Part shown: positions 60,036 to 64,000 of the stretch, piece after piece | Numbering within the stretch: position 1 is the first letter of the stretch | Layout of the letters: every line of letters begins with the position of its first letter | Assembly: GCA_001784435.1 (NCBI GenBank) | Contig: MFQZ01000001.1 | Span: 156,205 to 220,204, forward strand | Direction: 5' to 3' | Length of the DNA: 64,000 nt | Source of the DNA: Candidatus Magasanikbacteria bacterium RIFOXYC2_FULL_42_28 | GTDB lineage: Bacteria; Patescibacteriota; Patescibacteriia; Magasanikbacterales; GWA2-37-8 | Made by a program: the position numbers and the translations under genes | The notes under the pieces: model-generated | Seen by the model: only the letters and a program-made list of their open reading frames with translations | Told to the model about the DNA's origin: nothing | The model's database searches: none

Positions 60036-60773
60036 TTATTGTAATTTTTTCTTACCATCGCCGCGTACTAATTTAGCAAGCGCGCCGACCGCGTCGCCTT
60101 CCGAATCCAGATCTAACAATCTCTTGGCGGCAAATTCCATGACCTTTGCCCATTTGACTCGACCGGACCCGTGAAAACGATCAACTAATTTATCATGATG
60201 CTTAGAACGCGCGCGCATTATTTCTTCAGAAGAAAAACACTCGGCTTTAATCCCCTTGCTTTTAAATATCCTATCGGCACGCGACAAATGAAACCCAACG
60301 GTTAGCAAAGCAACATTATCTAATCCGTGACTTTGTAGTAAAGACGACACCCCCTCAGCATTAGCAAAAGTATCAATTGATTCTGATTCTATCTCAATCG
60401 CACCCTCCGGTATTTCCGGAAATTTCTTTTTTAAATAATCACGCATCGCTTCGGCTTCAGACGCCCTATCGCCCCCGGCCGTGCGACCACCGGTAAAAAT
60501 TAATCTTGTTGTTTTGCCGTCACGATACATTTGACCGGCCGCGAGCGCTGACATCTCGGATTCAATGCTCAAACGCGGTTTCCAATCCGGGGTAGCATCT
60601 TTAGGCGGACGTTCACGCCAATTTTTACCTAAAACAATCACCGCTTGAAAATTTTGCGGACGAGCTTCGGGATTAGCCGACTGTTCTAATCTTGGCGACA
60701 TTTCATCTCCAATTTCAGATTGAAACCGAAAATTTGGAGCTCCCGGCGGGACATTACCATTTTCTACTCCCAT
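60036..60773 (-). CDS. DUF218 (YdcF/ElyC/SanA-like) protein
   Basis: LIFTGGRTAGGDRASEAEAMRDYL...ESESIDTFANA. Confidence 0.6.
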   Translation of the reverse strand: MGVENGNVPPGAPNFRFQSEIGDEMSPRLEQSANPEARPQNFQAVIVLGKNWRERPPKDATPDWKPRLSIESEMSALAAGQMYRDGKTTRLIFTGGRTAGGDRASEAEAMRDYLKKKFPEIPEGAIEIESESIDTFANAEGVSSLLQSHGLDNVALLTVGFHLSRADRIFKSKGIKAECFSSEEIMRARSKHHDKLVDRFHGSGRVKWAKVMEFAAKRLLDLDSEGDAVGALAKLVRGDGKKKLQ

Positions 60774-60813
60774 ATATTTATTGCTTATGCGTTCTTAAAC
60801 TATTGAGTCGTCG

Positions 60814-60897
60814 TGCGCGGGAGAGGACTCGAACCTCCATGCCCTTGCGAGCGTTACCACCTCAAGGTAGTGCGTCTACCAGTTTCGCCACCCGCGC
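60814..60897 (-). tRNA. tRNA-Leu (anticodon GAG), long variable arm
   Basis: Reverse complement gcgcgggtggcgaaactggtagacgcactaccttgaggtggtaacgctcgcaagggcatggaggttcgagtcctctcccgcgca; 7-bp acceptor stem, 3-bp D stem. Confidence 0.8.
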
Positions 60898-60925
60898 TTC
60901 TTGCCATGAACATTTAGGTTTATGG

Positions 60926-61699
60926 CTAAAACTTTCGATCCCTCCCTACCACCATGTCAATTTTGCCATGCGCTAATTTTATTTTTACTTTTATTTCTTT
61001 GGACGTTTTACCATCGGCTTCCACGGCAAAAGCGCTATCGCCCACAATTTCCATTTCTTCAAACGGAAACACGCTCGGACTCTCATAGTTATAGCCCCAG
61101 AAGCGCTTCTTTGTCAAGGGGCGAATAAACGCTTCTAATTTGCCGTCCTGGGGGTGGACTTCCTGTTGATTAGAATCTTTCTTGGTGCTTTTGTAATAAA
61201 ATGGCTGTAAATTACAAACCACCACTTCCATTAAATCATTGGCCGACACGGTAAATTTACCATCATAAATAACTTTCACTTTTGCCGGCGGAACTTGCAG
61301 GCGCGACACAAAATACCGATTATTCATCCAACCAATATCTAATTTTTCCCGACGACGTTTGGCCAAAGTATCACACGCGCCCACTCCGACCGGAATTCCC
61401 AAGACCTTGGCAATGGTATTATCCGGTCCAATCGGCAAAAAACCAAAAACGCACTCACAGGTAGCGGCGCGCGATAAGACATGTCCAAAAGTATGATCGT
61501 TTCCAACTATTACCACCGTCTTCGCGCCTCGCTTAATTTCATCGTCAATAATCTGTTTCGCGTCAATGTAATTAGTTAAGCGCAAAATTTTTCCGGCAAT
61601 ACCATAATCGGTAAGACGCACCTCCATTGCTCTAATTTCCGAATCATACTTTTTCTGGCGTAAAAAATTGTCGTAAAGATAAATATACATAGTCACCAA
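60926..61699 (-). CDS. DAGK_cat-family lipid kinase (YegS/BmrU-like)
   Basis: VVIVGNDHTFGHV, FLPIGPDNTIAKVLG. Confidence 0.7.
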   Translation of the reverse strand: MVTMYIYLYDNFLRQKKYDSEIRAMEVRLTDYGIAGKILRLTNYIDAKQIIDDEIKRGAKTVVIVGNDHTFGHVLSRAATCECVFGFLPIGPDNTIAKVLGIPVGVGACDTLAKRRREKLDIGWMNNRYFVSRLQVPPAKVKVIYDGKFTVSANDLMEVVVCNLQPFYYKSTKKDSNQQEVHPQDGKLEAFIRPLTKKRFWGYNYESPSVFPFEEMEIVGDSAFAVEADGKTSKEIKVKIKLAHGKIDMVVGRDRKF

Positions 61700-61727
61700 T
61701 CAAACCAGACAACGCCATTTGTCATCC

Positions 61728-61800
61728 TGAGAGAGCAACGCGACCGAAGGATCCCTTGGAGATTGTGTTAAGGGATTCTTCGTCTTACTCAGAATGACAA
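61728..61800. repeat. family B element
   Basis: tgtcatcctgagagagcaacgcgaccgaaggatcccttggagattgtgttaagggattcttcgtcttactcagaatgaca. Confidence 0.55.
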
Positions 61801-61809
61801 CCGCAAACA

Positions 61810-62295
61810 TCATCCTTCTAAATCCAAAATCTGGGCTTCGGCTCTTTTTCCGCCCACCCGGCCACGCGCGGCGCTTCTATTTTCAGAGACCGTCTGCTGT
61901 AAACCCGGCATCGAAACTTTGCCAAACAAAAGCGCGCCGGAATCAATTTTCAACACGGCCGCTTCAATATCGCCCACTACTTTAGCGGTGGACGCTAATT
62001 CTAAAGTATCTTTGACTTTAATATTTCCCCGCACATCACCGGCAATCGCCGCGCTTCCCGCTCGCACATTGGCCATAATTTTTGCGCCCGGTTCAACTGA
62101 TAGATGACGGCTGGTGTGAACCGAACCGGCGACAGAACCTTTGACAATAATATTTCCTTCGGATGCAAAATCACCCTCAACATTCACCGATGGACCAACG
62201 ACAGTTTCAATATCATCCGATGGGGGCGCGTAAACCGACGAATCGGACGGTTCATTTTCTAAAGCAACATTGGCTGAAGGTTTGGAAAAAAGCAT
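61810..62295 (-). CDS. bactofilin
   Basis: Beta-helical repeats (G)xVxGxV..., SVAGSVHTSRHLSVEPGAKIMANVRAGSAAIAGDVRGNIKV. Confidence 0.8.
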   Translation of the reverse strand: MLFSKPSANVALENEPSDSSVYAPPSDDIETVVGPSVNVEGDFASEGNIIVKGSVAGSVHTSRHLSVEPGAKIMANVRAGSAAIAGDVRGNIKVKDTLELASTAKVVGDIEAAVLKIDSGALLFGKVSMPGLQQTVSENRSAARGRVGGKRAEAQILDLEG

Positions 62296-62358
62296 ATTTA
62301 ATAAATAATTATGATAACAATAGTATTATACACTATTTTTTAAAAACCGAAAAGTGGA

Positions 62359-63756
62359 CTACTTTTGTTTGGTCGGAATCCAAAACCCAAACTCACTCCC
62401 CTGGCCAATACCGGCTGATTTGGCCCATACTTCGCCTTTGTGCTCTTCGATAAAGTGGCGGCAAACAAACAAGCCAATACCGGTACCAGTAACATTAACT
62501 CCTTTGACATTGTCGCCACGAAAAAATTTCTGGAAAAAACGCGACTGGTCAACTTTTTCAAAACCCAAACCCTCGTCGGTAACGCGCACCTCCCATTTTT
62601 TATCATCTTTTTCCAAAGTTACTGTTATCAGTCCTTTTTCACTGTATTTAATGGCATTGTCCACAAAGTTAAATACCACGTGACGAATTTTATCTTTATC
62701 CACACTAACAAGTGCTTTCAATTTCTTAACCGGATTCCAAACTAAATTTAAACCTTTGTCTAACGCGCGCGGCTTTAATTCGTCAATCACGCTCGTGATA
62801 ATTTCCACTAAATTTTCCGGTTTGAAATCAAATTTCGTGCGCCCCTGTTCAATGCGCGTAATATTCAAAAAACTATCTACCATGTCAATTAATCTCTGGT
62901 TGGCCATATCCATATTGGCAAAAATTGGAAGCATCTCCGGGTCGGGCTTGCCATAACCGCCATCTTCTAATAACTCCAAGTAGCCCTTGGAAATTGACAA
63001 TGGGGTACGCAACTGATGGGTGGCAATTGATAAAAAGTCGGTTTTCTGTTCGTCTAGTTCTTTCAAACGAGCGTTAGCTTGTTTTAGTTTGGCATAAGCC
63101 GCGGTTTTATCAATGGCCACTGCCACCACATTAACCGCGCTCCCAATACTTTCACGCTCAAAAACACTTAATTTCGACGGGGCACGATTAAGCCCAATAA
63201 TAAGCAACCCCATCGGACCGCGCTCAGTGGAAAGTGGATAAATAAATGTGCCAACTACGCCGATTTCTTGTAAATATTTTTTACGATTCTGCCTGGGGAA
63301 AAATGCGCCGGTAATGGATCCTGTCGGCACCACCACTAACGGCTCGCTATTACGCAACGCCTTAAACCCGGGGTAATTTTCATCGGTAACGCGAACACCG
63401 CGCGCGAACGATACTGAACCAGCTTGCTTTTCGGCATAACCAACCAAAGATAAACTCTTTTCGGTGATTTTATTTTTTATTTCCACTTCATCATAAAAAA
63501 CAATCGCGATGTAGGCCGCTTCAAAAGTACCAACAATCTCCCGCGCCAATTGTTGCGCGGTTTTCTCCACCTCGTCACCATGAGTGGCAATAGTGTAAAG
63601 CCGATCAAGCAATGACAAAGTTTTATTGCGCGCCGCAAGTTCCGCTCCTTGCTTATAAAGCGCCTCATTGGCATGCTTTAATTGTTCAGAATCCAAAAGC
63701 ACCCCGTTAACCGGGGCACTTTGGGTTTTGGTATTTTTAAAAAATCCTTCGAACAT
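62359..63756 (-). CDS. sensor histidine kinase with GAF-like N-terminal domain
   Basis: H-box ATHQLRTPLSISKGY, N box, G2 box GTGIGLFVCRHFIEEHKG. Confidence 0.85.
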   Translation of the reverse strand: MFEGFFKNTKTQSAPVNGVLLDSEQLKHANEALYKQGAELAARNKTLSLLDRLYTIATHGDEVEKTAQQLAREIVGTFEAAYIAIVFYDEVEIKNKITEKSLSLVGYAEKQAGSVSFARGVRVTDENYPGFKALRNSEPLVVVPTGSITGAFFPRQNRKKYLQEIGVVGTFIYPLSTERGPMGLLIIGLNRAPSKLSVFERESIGSAVNVVAVAIDKTAAYAKLKQANARLKELDEQKTDFLSIATHQLRTPLSISKGYLELLEDGGYGKPDPEMLPIFANMDMANQRLIDMVDSFLNITRIEQGRTKFDFKPENLVEIITSVIDELKPRALDKGLNLVWNPVKKLKALVSVDKDKIRHVVFNFVDNAIKYSEKGLITVTLEKDDKKWEVRVTDEGLGFEKVDQSRFFQKFFRGDNVKGVNVTGTGIGLFVCRHFIEEHKGEVWAKSAGIGQGSEFGFWIPTKQK

Positions 63757-63777
63757 ACACTAATATGTATGACAAAA

Positions 63778-64000
63778 TTATTTCAGAGAGTCGGGGGTCT
63801 CACCGGTTTTGAGCGATGGCAGGAACGACGCGGCGGCGTCTTTGCACACCTGCACTGATGCTTGGCCGAAAAGACGTTCGTAGCGCGCGACCAGTTGATC
63901 GATAGCCGCTTTTTTATTATCGCCAGTCATAAGCACGGTCCCATTGTCGCGAACAACAATATTACTAACCCGGGCCGCTTCTTCACGCGCCAAAGGGCCG
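63778..64000 (-). CDS. hypothetical protein, possibly continuing beyond window end
   Basis: The frame stays open upstream of the TTG/M at 63993, to the window edge. Confidence 0.35.
   Translation of the reverse strand, partial: GPLAREEAARVSNIVVRDNGTVLMTGDNKKAAIDQLVARYERLFGQASVQVCKDAAASFLPSLKTGETPDSLK

Overview
This is an AT-rich bacterial chromosome segment with tightly packed genes. The 16S rRNA gene (515-site variant CAGCAGCAGCGGTAATAC, and an insertion in V7), the 11.7-kb gene for a secreted giant protein and the many small intergenic palindromes fit a CPR/Patescibacteria-type genome. That lineage assignment is an inference from the sequence.

Housekeeping genes: glyA, pyk, nrdR, ftsZ, ftsA, dgkA, ybeY, rpsU, hisS, lepB, trmD, a KH-domain protein gene, rpsP, smc, clpP, an nrnA-like gene, rpmB, ndk and yraN. 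There is an Elp3-type radical-SAM/GNAT gene and two GT4 glycosyltransferase genes. One 16S rRNA gene is followed by tRNA-Val(GAC) and tRNA-Ile(GAT) with no 23S gene next to it. There are three further tRNAs: Val-TAC, Arg-ACG and Leu-GAG.

Features worth a second look:
- An operon that encodes a 3903-aa Cys-repeat giant protein and a 704-aa paralog, both with the same VirB2/TrbC-pilin-like double-helix N-terminal module. Three thrombospondin-type-3-repeat genes lie downstream.
- Three small islands (about 0.5-0.7 kb) that are strikingly GC-rich in an AT-rich background. Each carries one small orphan ORF with its own sigma70-like promoter.
- A roughly 45-nt GC-rich element inserted in frame in both Elp3 and SMC.
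- At least three families of palindromic mini-elements (A, B, C). A sits against start codons, B is in 5' UTRs and C is inserted in the 16S rRNA gene; one A copy is nested inside a B copy.
- Two candidate non-coding RNAs of about 75 nt and about 300 nt, each with a promoter and a terminator.
- An 18-nt duplication of the tRNA-Val 3' end that looks like an att site.
- A short region with a NYN nuclease gene and a BRO-N/DinD-like gene.

Coordinates that I derived by hand-counting can be off by 1-2 nt.
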